A stretch of DNA of 64,000 bases from the NCBI GenBank assembly GCA_013239625.1, contig MU056277.1:1528076-1592075 (forward strand). The letters are read 5' to 3'. This document shows, piece after piece, positions 8,536 to 20,505 of the stretch. Every line of letters starts with the position of its first letter. Position 1 is the first letter of the stretch. Source of the stretch: Lama guanicoe (Eukaryota). Position numbers and translations under genes: made by a program. The notes beneath the pieces are model-generated. The model had not been told where the DNA came from and did no database searches. It worked only from the letters and a program-made list of their open reading frames with translations.

Positions 8536-10849
8536 TGTGGGCCCCAAACCTCACACAGCTCTCTCCGGGCAAAGCCTGCAAGAGGCCTGGGCTGCAGGGG
8601 TAGCGATTAGCAGGTGCTCACAGGCCACCGCCAGGGTCCGGCTGAGACCGCCTGCCCTCCCCACACCGGGGCGCCAGGACACAGGGCCTGCAGGAGGCCA
8701 GCGGCCTCCTCCACGACAGGGCCACCCCTCCAGCCCTTCCCGACGTCATGCTGTATTCTGATCCTTCAGTTCCTGGAGGCTCTGTTGGGGCAGGACGCAG
8801 AATCAGGGAGAAGCTGCTTGCCCGAGCACTGCCGTGAGACCCCGGTGTGAGCGGAGGGGGACAGTTGCTGCCAGGTGGCCTGTCCCCACGTCCCCTGACC
8901 GTCCGGGAGTAGGGCCCAACAGGAAGAGGGGAGGCCTGGCTGTGGACAGAAGGGTGCAGCCGCGCTCGGCAGGAGCCTCCTCCCGGACGAGCAGCGTGGC
9001 TTTAGCTGCTGCGTGTAATGCGATAGTGGAGAAAGCACCACCACTGAGTCTCGGTGTTGGGGGCGGGGTGTGGCCGCGAGGAGGCCGGTGAGAACCGGCG
9101 CACAGCTGGGTGGGATCACCGCAGATGCAGGGTGTGGCCCCACAGTGGGTGCTGCGCGTGCAGACACGGACCCGGTGGCCCCGTCATCCCCTCCCTTAAG
9201 CCCTAGTGCCCACCCGCCGGTGAGAGGGGTAGGTGACAACTCAGGAGAGCACCCTGCTCCCCGCCCAAGTGCTTCAGAACCCCTGCCTGTGTCTTGTGGC
9301 GCAGTGGTTCTGGGGGGGCCTGGCGTGAGCGCAGGTTAGGGTGGGGGGACATCCTGATGCCCAGAGGAGCCAAGGTCTGTCCCGAGCCCCCTCCGGCCAG
9401 GCCAGTGCCCTGGGCCCCGCCCCTCTGCTCTCGTGTCTGGGTTCAGGTGCTCCTTTGTGGGTAAGAGCACCTCCTGGGCTAGGACATGTGCTCCGTGAGG
9501 ATGGGGAGCTCTGGGGGCACCCCTGGACTGGAGCAGAATCCCTGGGGCGTGCTGGGTGCTTAACAAAGAGCGAGGAATGAAAGCCAGGGAGGGAGGGAGC
9601 ACCCACCCTGGAGAAGACAGAGTCCATCTTGCGAAGCCCTGTCTTGGTGGGTGATGAGCAGTCTGTCAGCCAGACCAGGGTTCACATGCACCGACTGTGT
9701 TCTGGGACCCCAGCCTGCAGTTACAGGCAGAAGCGCTTTATCACTAAGGTACACAGTGATTCATGCTGAGAATGTAGTTAAAGTATCGTGGCAGTTTAAA
9801 AATGACACGCCATCAGGGTAACGCAGCGGAGTGGCTCGTTGAGACTGAGCGCTTCCTGCTCGCCTGCAGCGCGGTCAGCGCATGACAGTGAGCGCTCTCG
9901 CCTGACACGTGGCTGCACACGTGAATACACCACCTCACGTGCCACGCCTTGGACTCTGGGCAGGTGACCCTTGAAGATTGCTGTGGGACCCAGAGGTGTC
10001 TAAGGGCAGCGTCCTGAGTTCACCCTGGGTTTGAAGTCCCAGCACCTGGAGGAGGGCAGCCTCCTCTGAACATCAGCCCTGGTCCGTCCGTCCGTGCGAA
10101 GACGTGCTGCACACCCGCTTGGCAACCTTTGCCTCTGTCCTTTTGCAGATTACACAGGTTGGGATTCTGAGACCCGAACGAGGCTCTGAGCCCTGTGCTG
10201 ATGGCTGGGAGGGGTCTCAGGGACCCTTCGAGTGCAGCCGCGGAGGTAGGGGCCCAGGGGAGGGGGAGGGTTAGCCCCAGGCTCTGCCCTCCTGGTCCCC
10301 GCAGGGCAGACATGCTGGCCTGGAATCAGGGCTCGGCCGCTTCTCCACTTCGTAGGGGTCTGGGAACAACGATGTACGGTCAGTACCACCCAGAGCTCCC
10401 GACACCGACTGAGAACTTACCCTGACCGTCCCACCACCTTGGCTGCCTCAGACTTTTCTGGGGGCTGTGTCAGGATGCGGATGCTGGCCCCTGGGGTTCT
10501 GGTCCCTGGGTCCAGCCCTCATGGGCTCTAGGATGCCCCAGCTGCCGGTCTGGACGCCCTGGACACCTGCTGCCTCTGCGGGGTCGCACCAGCCCTCGCG
10601 CTGCTGACGCGCCGGGGCTCAGGCATCCATCCCAGAGCCATCACTGTTATCCCTTTGTGTTAACAAGAAATAAGACAGGAAAAGAGAACAAAGACAAACC
10701 AGCAGAAAAGCCCAAGAGGAGAGTGACAGTTTGCTCAGGCGCCCACACCGGGCACTGACCTGCGGGCCTGGGTCCTCCCCTGGCACACCGAGGGCGGGCA
10801 CAGGGGTTAACGCGGATCGAGACTGCCTCCCGGGCCTGAACCACCATGG

Positions 10850-11218
10850 CAGTGCTTCCCAGGGCCACGGTAGCTGCGGACACGAAGCACCACGGAGCGG
10901 GCGGCTTAACACCACCAACTGTGCTACAGAGTGGAAGCCGGAGCCCAGGCTGCTGACCCAGGCTGGGGGGCGGCAGTCCTCAGCTGGCAGACACGCAGCC
11001 TGATCCCTGCCTCCAGGTCACGTGCGGCTTTCTTCGGGGGGAGTGTCTCCTCGGGACACCCGTGGTCACACCCGTGGCTGGAACAGGCCCAACTTGATGA
11101 CCTCGTCTTAACTAACTTCATCTGCCAACACAGCCTGTCTCCACTAAGTTCCTGCTCTGAGATTTTGGGGGCTTGGGGCTTCCACACATCCGTCTGGGAG
11201 ACAGTTCAAGCCGTAAGA
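10850..11218 (-). mobile_element. MLT1 (MaLR) solo LTR, MLT1A-C type
   Basis: gatgacctcgtcttaactaacttcatctgc...gggagacagttcaagccgtaa matches the reverse complement of the MLT1 5' end. Confidence 0.75.
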
Positions 11219-14200
11219 GAGGGCATTTTGCATCACTAAGGCCTAGAACGTCCACTCAGCAGAGGCAGACCTCCTCATCCTGGGGCTCAGCCACGGCCCA
11301 GTTGCCTTCCGGTGGAAGTGCAGGCTGGCCTGACACAGGAGGAAGCCCCCCCGGCCTCTCCCCTTGCCCCAGCTCAGGCCTTCCCAGGGCTTCCTTCTTA
11401 TCGGCCAAGCCTCCTGGAAGCCATAGCCAAGGGAGCCTGGGAGACGTAGTCCCCTGGGTCCAGACACAGCGGTGACAGGACCTGACCCTCCAGCAGAGGC
11501 TCAGACAGGTCCTTCCCACCTAAATTCCCCATCAGCCTCTGGGCTAATGCTGGCCAACACTTGCACGCCGAGCCTTCAGCTCCTGAATCCCATGCAGTTC
11601 CAGGTGGCACTGGAGGAGGCCCCTGACGGACAGTCCCGGGAGCTGAGCCCAGCCCAGAGCTGCCCCTGAACGTCTTCCTCAGCCAGCCACTCGGCCGGCC
11701 TATGCGATGCCCTGCGTCCCACCCGGCTTCTTGATGGAATCTGCACCTGCTGGTGGTGGAGACCAAGTTCTGTTCAGAGGAAGGAAGCTCAATTGACTCT
11801 GGGGAACCTGCCGGGCGCACCCCTGGGCAGAGGCGCCGACGCTCCCAGCGGCCGTCTGTAAACTCACGTCCTCCCCGAGGAGTCAGAGCGGGTCGGCTCC
11901 ACCCTGTCCTGTCCGTGAAGGCTGAGTGTTCACAGTACTGAGGCACGACCTGGTGGTGGAATTGAAAATGATATTTGTAACATTTCACAGCCCAGATACC
12001 ACGACAAAATGACGGCACACAGGTTGCAAAAATAGCCTTCAGACCAAACGGTGATTTTCTACACATGCCCCTCCACGCCGGCCCCCACACTTGCTGCGCC
12101 CCCTCCACCCGGCCCGGCAGGTACCGTTCTCTGTGGTTCTTCCGCCTGGGGGTCCAGTTTTGTCCCCACAGACTCCCTCCCAAATGCGCCAGCCATGCTG
12201 CTGCTCAGCGTCTCCAGATTCTTGGCCAGGAGACTCCGGAGTCGTGGCCGGGCTGGGCATCTCTGGGCAGAGCCCCGTTCTCGGGACAGCAGGCTATCAC
12301 ATGCGGCTGTGCAGAGCACCGGCCCGCGCTGCCTGTGGGCTCGGCTCGGCGGCCGAAGCGGAGGGCGGGCCGTTGGAATCTCCGTCTGCGGATGGAAGGC
12401 TTATTACTCTGTTTCATCTTGCCTTGTTTGGGGAGCAGAATTTCTGGTCTCGTCTTGGGTTTGTTTTGAGGATGAACAGAGAAAGAAGGAAAAAATGGGT
12501 CAGAGAAGATTGGGGAGAGTCAGCCATCCCACCAGGCGAGCAGCTGTGAGACTTATAAACATTGCACCTCGTTCTCTGTGAAGCGTGTTCTTCTGAAAAC
12601 GCGAGGTGAACCCGCAGGCAGCCTGTGCGCAGCCGGGAGTGCTGGTGCCGCCGGAGAAGTCAGGTCTTAAAGTGGGAACTGCGCATAGATGGCTTTTCTC
12701 ACACTTGTACGCCCATGTGGCGTTAAAGAGAGTTTTCAGGGTAACGACGGAGCCTTGGCCCGCCGTGCTTTACCTTGAAAGAAAGACGCCCTTCCACCGG
12801 ACGCCAGGTTTTCCTGCCCGGCCAGCTGGGCTTTTCCCTCTGCTGAGGAAATGCCATTTGATGGTGGGGCGAGGATGTGGCCCCGGCTCCCCTGCCCTGT
12901 CCCGCGGGGGCCCCCAGCCGGGAACACAGAGGCCCCGCCTCCCCCCCACCCCCATCCTTATCCCTCTTTGCTGATGCTCTGGGCCTTTGTTGAAGACAAC
13001 GCGGAGGAAGAATCCACATTCTGATGTTATTCTGCTTCTCGCCCAAGGCTCGGTGCTGCCTGTTCATCATTCAAACAGCAGATGAGTTAGCAGGCTTACG
13101 TTTCTCTTAGACAGAGAAATATGACCCTTTGAAATATGACTCTGTTCTTTTTCTGCGGACCGTGGGGCCGTCCAGAACGAGGGTCAGCTGAGTGTCTGTG
13201 GACGGACACACCATCCTGCCCCGAGGGCGTGAGTCAACAAGATAATCCACTTGCTAATTGTCTATCTGGAAGGGCTGAGCTGCAGCTGGGCAAACACTGG
13301 CGCACAAGCCCCGCCGCACGGCGACCGCCTCCTGCACAGCAGCTCCCCTGCCAGCGCGCTGCCGCGGGCGGTTGGGTCCATCTCTGCCACCGTGCATCCC
13401 GGGGGCCCTGCGCACCCGCCCTCAGGTCTCTCTACCCGGACGCAGCAGACCCACTGCTGCTCCCATCTCCCAGATCAGGAAGGGGAGCCACTTCCCAGTT
13501 TCCCCAGCTGGGAACCGCTGCGTCCCGCACAGCCCCTGCCCAGCCCCACTGGGTGAGGTCAGACCCCGCAGCCCCGGCCACGTCTCTGCCAGAAGTACTG
13601 GCGGGAGGGTGAAGACGGAATCACCCCGCCCACGAGCCACTGTGCCGCACGCACAAGGAGGTCCTGGTTAAGTGACTAGCTCCACTGGCCTGAGTGACCC
13701 GGCCGGCAGCCTCACACAGTGACATGGCACAGACACAGCCAGGGCGTCTCCAAGATGCTGCGGCAACTTCCTCATGATGAAGGAAGCTGTAAGGCCCTGT
13801 CTCCCCAGGGAAGGCCAGCGTTACCCCCAGTCTGTGTAACTCTCGATAGAAAAGGACCCGGGCGCTAATCACCTTTATCTGAAATCACTCATTTATTCAT
13901 GCTCGTCAGAAAATAATTCGCTGGTGCTTTTGGCTGGTTAGATGCCGAGAGACGAAGGCATGAGTCTGTGGTGGGCCCGCCCTCCGCGTCCGAGTGCCCT
14001 GGGTGCCAGCAGAGGGCCCTCTCTGTAGGTGGTGCCCTTGTAACTTACTGTCAGTCCTTCCTGTTTGTCCTCACCCGGCACAGCCATCACACTCTCTTAC
14101 CTTTTTTTTCCCGTCACTTATCTCTACTCGTTCCTTCATTTCCATCCTTCCTTGCCTTACTTTAGGTGGGTTCTTGTGCACAGAACACAGCCCCACCCGA

Positions 14201-14559
14201 CTGTCCCTGTCTCACGAGTGATGTCCCCTCCCTGCTGCACGGAGTCAGTGGTGTAGTCGGTTCTTCACCACTGTGACCACAGGGTTCCAGGTGTCTCCCG
14301 CTGACGCACCCTCCTGCCCTCCCTGGTGAGCCCCCACAGCTCGCTCGTCTCGGTTCCGTGAGAACCCGGGGGGGCTTCCTGCCTGTCCTCCATGCCCCCT
14401 TCTTACCGAAGCCCCTCCAGAGGCAGGACGTCTACCCCCCCAAGCCCGCCATTCCAACTCCTAGGTTTTCTAGATCTAATACTTTTATTTCTGGGCGTTT
14501 GGAGGCTTTGCCTATGGTACGTCTGTTCAATTTCAAAAAATACTTCTTTAGCACCTGTA

Positions 14560-14960
14560 TTTCTCTTTCCTGGATAAGTTATCATCTCTTATAGGGACCT
14601 GTGTGTGTTTATCTGCTTGTTTGCAAGCTCACCTCGAGGTTCCTTCCTCAGGTGTGTCCCAGGGAGGCTCCCTGGGTACTTGGCACCATCCTTCCGTCCC
14701 CTCGACAGACAGCGGCACCACGGGCTCCTGGGACTGCACACATCCTGCCTGCCTCCAGCTGTGCTCTGTGGTCATCTGGCTTTCAGTGTCCGGGCGGGAA
14801 GCTGATGCCGGCCTGGCGCTTCTTCCTCTGTGATGGATTTGTTCTTCACTTCTGAAGGCTTTGGGATTTTTCTCTTTTTCGTGTCTTGCAGGATTTTTCT
14901 GACTTTCCCGGCTGGGTCCTTACTCCCTGGGGCTCCCTGTGTCTACGGGCTGATCTCTCT
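14560..14960 (-). mobile_element. Ancient L1 (L1M4/M5-like) ORF1-region fragment
   Basis: catctggctttcagtgt...gaagctgatgcc...tctgaaggctttgggatttttctcttt resembles the antisense ORF1 region. Confidence 0.5.
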
Positions 14961-15048
14961 GTTGCTCCCCAACTGATTTGATCATTGTCCCCCTGCCACC
15001 CGTGTCCTCCTGTGTCCTCATGCGAGTCTCACTTCTCAGCGGGCAGCT

Positions 15049-15188
15049 CCCTGGGTGTCCCCTCTGGCCCCCTACACTTGCATCCCCGGCCATCAGGGCG
15101 TCCTGTCCTCTCTGTCCCCTGGGTGTCTCCTCTGGCCCCCCACACTTGCATCCCTGGCTGTCGGGGCATCCTGTCCTCTCTGTCCCCC
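15049..15188. repeat. Tandem duplication, 2 x 68 bp
   Basis: ccctgggtgtc(c/t)cctctggccccc(t/c)acacttgcatccc...tcctgtcctctctgtcc starts at 15049 and again at 15117. Confidence 0.9.
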
Positions 15189-18100
15189 AGAGGCCCTTCT
15201 CTGCTTTGGTTTTCAGTTGAAATCGGGCATTTCCTACAAGAAATAACTGCCGTGTTGGATGAACCTCTGACAGCTGTGCCCTCAGAACTGGTCCAAGCTC
15301 TGGCCCCCTCCCCGCCCAGCGCCCCCTCAGGAGTGTGACTTTCTTTCCTGCTCTTTGGGGCCGAGATCAAGCAGGAGATGACTTGTGTGGGGCCACCCCG
15401 GGGTCCCCTCCGGCCTTGGGAGGCCCTGCCTGGCCCCACGACCCCAGGCACTTTTCAGGGGTGAAAACGGGGGCATGCAGAGGTTAGACCACCCTGGACA
15501 CTGAGGAAGTCAGTAGCAGGGTTGGCATTTGGACCCAGGCCCGACACTTGTCACACCGACATCCATGATGCTGCCTGTCTGTGTCCGTCTGCCTGGGCCG
15601 AGCTTCCCCATTGCAGCCCGAACGTCACCGTGGGCCGTGCACAGCGGGTCTGTGGGCATTGACCAGGCTCCGGTCTGTCGCTGGGGAAGCTTTCCTTTCA
15701 TGGGCATCTGCTTGGTTACTGCCTTGCTCATGGGCACAGGACAAGCTGGAAAGAGGCGTCACAATAATTCTGGGTCAGGCAGAGGAAACAGGGCTGAGCT
15801 GAGCCAGAGAGGTGGGAGCTTGGAGAGCTGGCCCCATGGCCAAGGCCAGTCCTCACATGACAGGGCCAGAGCACAGCCCTAGGACACCAGAGGGGGACTC
15901 ACAGGACCCCAGGGGACAGGAAGAGATTGCATGTGGAGAGGAGGAGCCAGCAAGTAGGCTCAGGGCACAGGTCTCAAGCTGGGCCTGAGGACATGGGTCC
16001 AGGGTCTCGTGGGGAGCAAAGGGGCCCAGCCCTGAGCCAGGAGCAAGCAGCCCAGGGGGGGCCTCTGTAAAGAGAGGCTGGGCTGAGTGAGAGGAATCTG
16101 AGAGCCGGTCATCCCTGTCCCCTGCTCTGCCCGCACCGGCTGGGGGCTGACGCCTCACGCGGTGGGACTGAGTGCGCTGTGGCTGCCCACAGACCGGTCC
16201 TGGATGCCGGCCCCTCCAGCAGAGGGCCTGAGGGTCCCCGGCTCCCATGCCCCAGGCCTCCAGCTGCGCACACACGAAGGCCGGGATGAAGAACCACTGT
16301 TTTTCCAATTCTGCTTTCCTCCCCAAGGGAGGCAACTTTAGAGGGAGTAATCATTGTGATGACAAATAAATTTTAAAATCTGGGCGACTTGTCTTTCCTC
16401 ATCAGTTGCTATTCTTCAGGTCCTTAAACCTTGAAGTTTTAAATGGGGGAACACTCCCTCAGCAGAAGCCAGGCCCTGGGGACGTGGCTGCCGGGAAATA
16501 GCCCAAGTCCTCCCAGTGCGACCGGGACAACTGTGTGCCGTGGTCTTTGCACATCAGTTCACAGAGCATCTTTGTTAAAGGCGTGCATGGCTTTGGCGGG
16601 CCTGCCTGTCAGTTCTCGCTCCGTCCTGGTCTCCAGGGGCCACCAGGGCTGGGAGAGCATGTGGCGCCTGCCGTGGGCGCCCAGAGGGCCAGCTCGTCAG
16701 TCTGGAGAGCCTCTCCCTGGTGCCGCACTGATGTCACCTCGGGTACCTGGAGTCAAGGCTGTCTGGGCGGGGCCTCCGACCAGCTCTTTCTCTTTTTCAT
16801 GTCTGGAATGGGGAGGGAGCAGAAGAGCTGCTCTGTTTTATGGAATCACGTGCACACCTGAGATTCCTGACTCAAGCAGGGGCTTCACTCACCTGTTTCT
16901 TGGTATCCACCAGTCTCTCCTCCAGCCGCCACAGAAATGACAGAAACAGCACAACAGGAAACATACAGAACAGGCTGCAGCCCCCGGCAGGGTGAGCGGA
17001 CCCCTCTGGCTAGGGCACCTCCCCATCCCCTCGGGGGCCTGGCTTCCCCTCACCCCCAGACCGAGTCCTCACAATGGAGTGCAGTCAGCATCCGCGCAGG
17101 GCAGGGCATGCCGAACCACCCCGGTCCCAGTTCTGCGGGTCTCAGGCGGGACCCAGAGAATGCACTTTGCTCACGGGTCCCCAGGTGCTTGGAGGCCCTG
17201 CCCAGGCTGCGATGGGGCGGGGACACCAGGGCGAGAGGGCCCCGCTTGTCCTTACAGACCTCAAGTACAGCCTTGGTCCCCTCCCCCGTGGTAGACAGAG
17301 CTGAGCCTGGGCCCTCCCTGCCACCTACACGTCCAGAAAACGGAATCTTTACCCCGGATTGACCCTCTTGTCTGCCATCCTCTCTGAATGTGTGGCCGCG
17401 GTGCTGTGGCATCTGGGGTCATCTGGACCTTTGTAAAGAATGCAGTTTTCAACTAGAGCCGGCAGCCTGTGCCCAGGACAGTCACACAGACGGCCGCACA
17501 AGAGGCCCCTCTCAGGGCTGCTGTGACGCGCCCTCGTCCAGATGTCGGCGTGGCCAGACTCTGCAGTGGCCGTGCCCGTAGGGAAGGACGTGCATCACCG
17601 TGGAGATAATTCTGAACCTCTTCGCCAGCCAGAGCCTAAATAAGATGCCCAGTGAAGCCACAGGCCACTCACTCCCGGTACTGACCACACGCGGTCCAGC
17701 TATGCCCCTAAGCTCACGGCCAAGGTTAACATCAGAGCCTACGCTTCCCCACCGACTTGCGGTGTTTCCACCCCAGCCACTCCCTCCTGAGTCACAGCAC
17801 CTCTCCTGCCCAGCCCTGGTGGGCGTCAGGCGGGCAACCATCAAACAGGAAGGTCTTTCTCTGGCTTTGCAGCATTTACAGCCCAGTTGTTCACACGTTA
17901 CAGACACTTGCACAGCCGATTACTCACAGTCCTCACTGTGTGATCACAGCTGCCCCGGAGCCCATCCTGCCTCGGGTTGCAGGGGGCTTCCCCGAGGAGG
18001 CAGTTCAGCCGCCACCTGAGGAGAGGTAGCCGCAAGGACGGGGGACTATCACTTGCGCCCGCCTCGCTGGTCAGGGTCTCCCGAGGCAGAAGTGGCTGGG

Positions 18101-19814
18101 CCAGGAGGCAAGAGGGTGCAAGGGGGCGTCTGCTGGGCTCTCAGGCCCCTCAGAGGGCTTTGGGATCTTCCCAAGGGTGATCAGATGCCTTGATACTTCT
18201 AATGAAGGGGAGAGAGATCATCCAGTTTGCACTTTCTAAAAGAGCCTTCTACCTGCTGGCTGAAAAGGAGTTGGGGGTAGAGGCGGATGTGGGGCGCCAG
18301 TGAGACCAGCTGTCCTGCTGCGAATGAGGGGGTGGGAGGTGGGGTCACAAACCCTTCACTGAGCAGAGCGGGCGGGGCGCCTACAGCCACGTTCAGGGCC
18401 CCCGGGAGCTGTCTGCCCCGCCATCCACACCTGGCTCGCCTCCGCCCCGAGCACTCAGTAACAGGGAGGCTAACCGGGGTCTCTGATCCCAGCCCCGTTC
18501 CAGCCAGCTCCCCAGCATCCAGGTCAGTGTGGGACCCCAGCTGCCTCAACGGCCCTTCCCGGCACCTGGACGAGCGAACGAGCTGGGGCTCTTCCTTTGG
18601 ACTTTGAGGGTGGATAACGAGGGTGGTCACCTATCTCCATGGGGGTGACTCAGGGCCCCTGAGTCTGCAGTGTCCTGTGAGCCAGGTGGTCTGGCCGCCA
18701 CACCCTCCCCACACTCACGTCTCCACTGTTCCTCAATCCCGGAGCCAAAGTCCCAAGCCCACCCTGAGTCCGAGAGTTAAGGGGCCAGTGCTGGGGACCC
18801 AGGAGAAAGCCGGCTCTCTCCTTGCCGAGAACCACGGCTCCCCACGCAGGGCCGGCCTTTGTGGTGGGCGGGACAGTGAGGACCGGGCACCGTGAGCCGG
18901 CACTTGCGTGCCTGCTCTCCGCTTCGTCTTCCTCGCTCGTCACCCCATCACCCACGCACCCACTTAATGTGATTAGGAGGTAAAGCTGCCCTCATGGCAG
19001 CCACCTTTCCCTGGACCCCTGTCAGGAGGTCCAGTGTGGCCGCATCGCGGGACCCTGTGTGGGCTGCTCGGGGACCTGGGTGCCCAGTGAGGAGCTGCCC
19101 CTTCCCGCCCATGACGGACAGTGAGCTGCTGGGTTCAGAGCAGCAGGCGAGCCAGCCTAGAAGACAGTTGCGGGCGGCGGGAGCAGCCGCAAGTGTGACG
19201 GTGGAGCTGGTCTGTGGTGCCCTGAGATGACCCCATCCATCGCTCCACACTGACTCTTCTCGAAGAGTGTGGGTGGGGTCAGGGCCAGACCCCAAGGGGC
19301 TTTTGTCAGTCGCTTAGAGCCACCCTCCCGGCCTCTGTGTTCCTGGGGCCACAGCAGTGCCTGGTGTCTGGCACGCTCTCAGCAGATGCTGGCAACAGAC
19401 ACTGCACCCGGAGTGACCTGTACCTGTGCCCAGGCTGCCCCTCCTTCCTCTTCCTGGAGACTCCAGAGGGCTGCCGAGAGCTGGGGGGCAGCTCCTGCCC
19501 GCCTGCTACCTGTGCCGCCATCCTCCTCTGGGGCGAGCGCCTCCTGTGCCCTGGGTACCGTGCTGGCCCAGGGGGCGGTGCCATTTCCCAGCCCGGCCCC
19601 TTCCAAGATTGACTCCGGAGTCTGGTGTCTATACAGGCTCCACCTTGCGTCTCCTCTCCAGGGTCCAGGGAAAGCGCTTGGCCCCTGGTCTCCATCTCTG
19701 CCAGGGTTGTAGCTGACCCAGGCCGGCGCCTGCCCTCCAGGACTCAGGGGTCGCTGGGTTAGGCCCTCTGGCCACTAATCTGAGCTCCTCGCGGGGCAGG
19801 AGCTGTCTGGGTTT

Positions 19815-19888
19815 GCGCACTGACCTGCCTCCCCCAGCACGTGGGAGGGTTCAATAAGCGTGTGTCAACTGAATGAATACATGAATGA
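19815..19888 (+). mobile_element. L2 3' end
   Basis: L2 tail ttcaataagcgtgtgtcaactgaatgaatacatgaatga. Confidence 0.65.
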
Positions 19889-20127
19889 CTGTTAGGTGGG
19901 TCTCTGGACTCACCACTTTTGCTCGTAGGTGTGCAGAGTGGGCTTGGGTTTACTCGCTGTCCGACCCTCTCGCTGGAGGGTGGGGCATCCGTGCTGTAAC
20001 TCAGCGCCTGCAGAAACGGCTCCGCACAGTAGGACCTCCAGAGATGCGTCAGAGAATGAATTTATCTTTATGCTCCCACGCAGCATGGATGCCTTACAAG
20101 CAGCCTGTCTGACTCATGACTTCGTCT

Positions 20128-20317
20128 CAGCCTGGAGCAGCTTGGCCTCACTCCGGGGAGCTGGCAGTGGTCACTGATGTCACAGTGGTTGCTTGAAATC
20201 AGCCATCCTGGGGATTTTTACACTGGAGGAGTGGGCGGACACTACAGGTCAGGACCCCTTCCCTCTCCTGTTTTGCTTTTTCAGAGCCATCTGTTGAGCA
20301 CGTACCAGCACACCCCT
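20128..20317 (+). mobile_element. MER63A-like hAT MITE
   Basis: gcttgaaatcagccat...atttttacac...actacaggtcagg...taccagcacacc follows the recalled MER63A consensus. Confidence 0.65.
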
Positions 20318-20409
20318 TCCTGCATCCCACCTAAACCACATTCACATCCCCCTGCTGGCTTCTGCAAGGACCTGCTCAGTGGCGTCCCTCTCTGACCCCA
20401 ACACACCAG

Positions 20410-20505
20410 TAACAGACGGAGAAACTGAGGCTCAGAGAGACGAGACAGGACTGGCTCAATGTAACACAACTTACAACAGCAAAACTAAGGTAGAACCAGG
20501 TCATT
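20410..20505 (-). mobile_element. MIR fragment
   Basis: MIR core acagacggagaaactgaggctcagagag. Confidence 0.75.

Noticed and set aside
10150-10246. Possible exon (ttttgcag...gag|gtaggg; ITQVGILRPERGSEPCADGWEG...)
   Set aside because: The peptide is unrecognised and there are no compatible partner exons; chance splice motifs are common.
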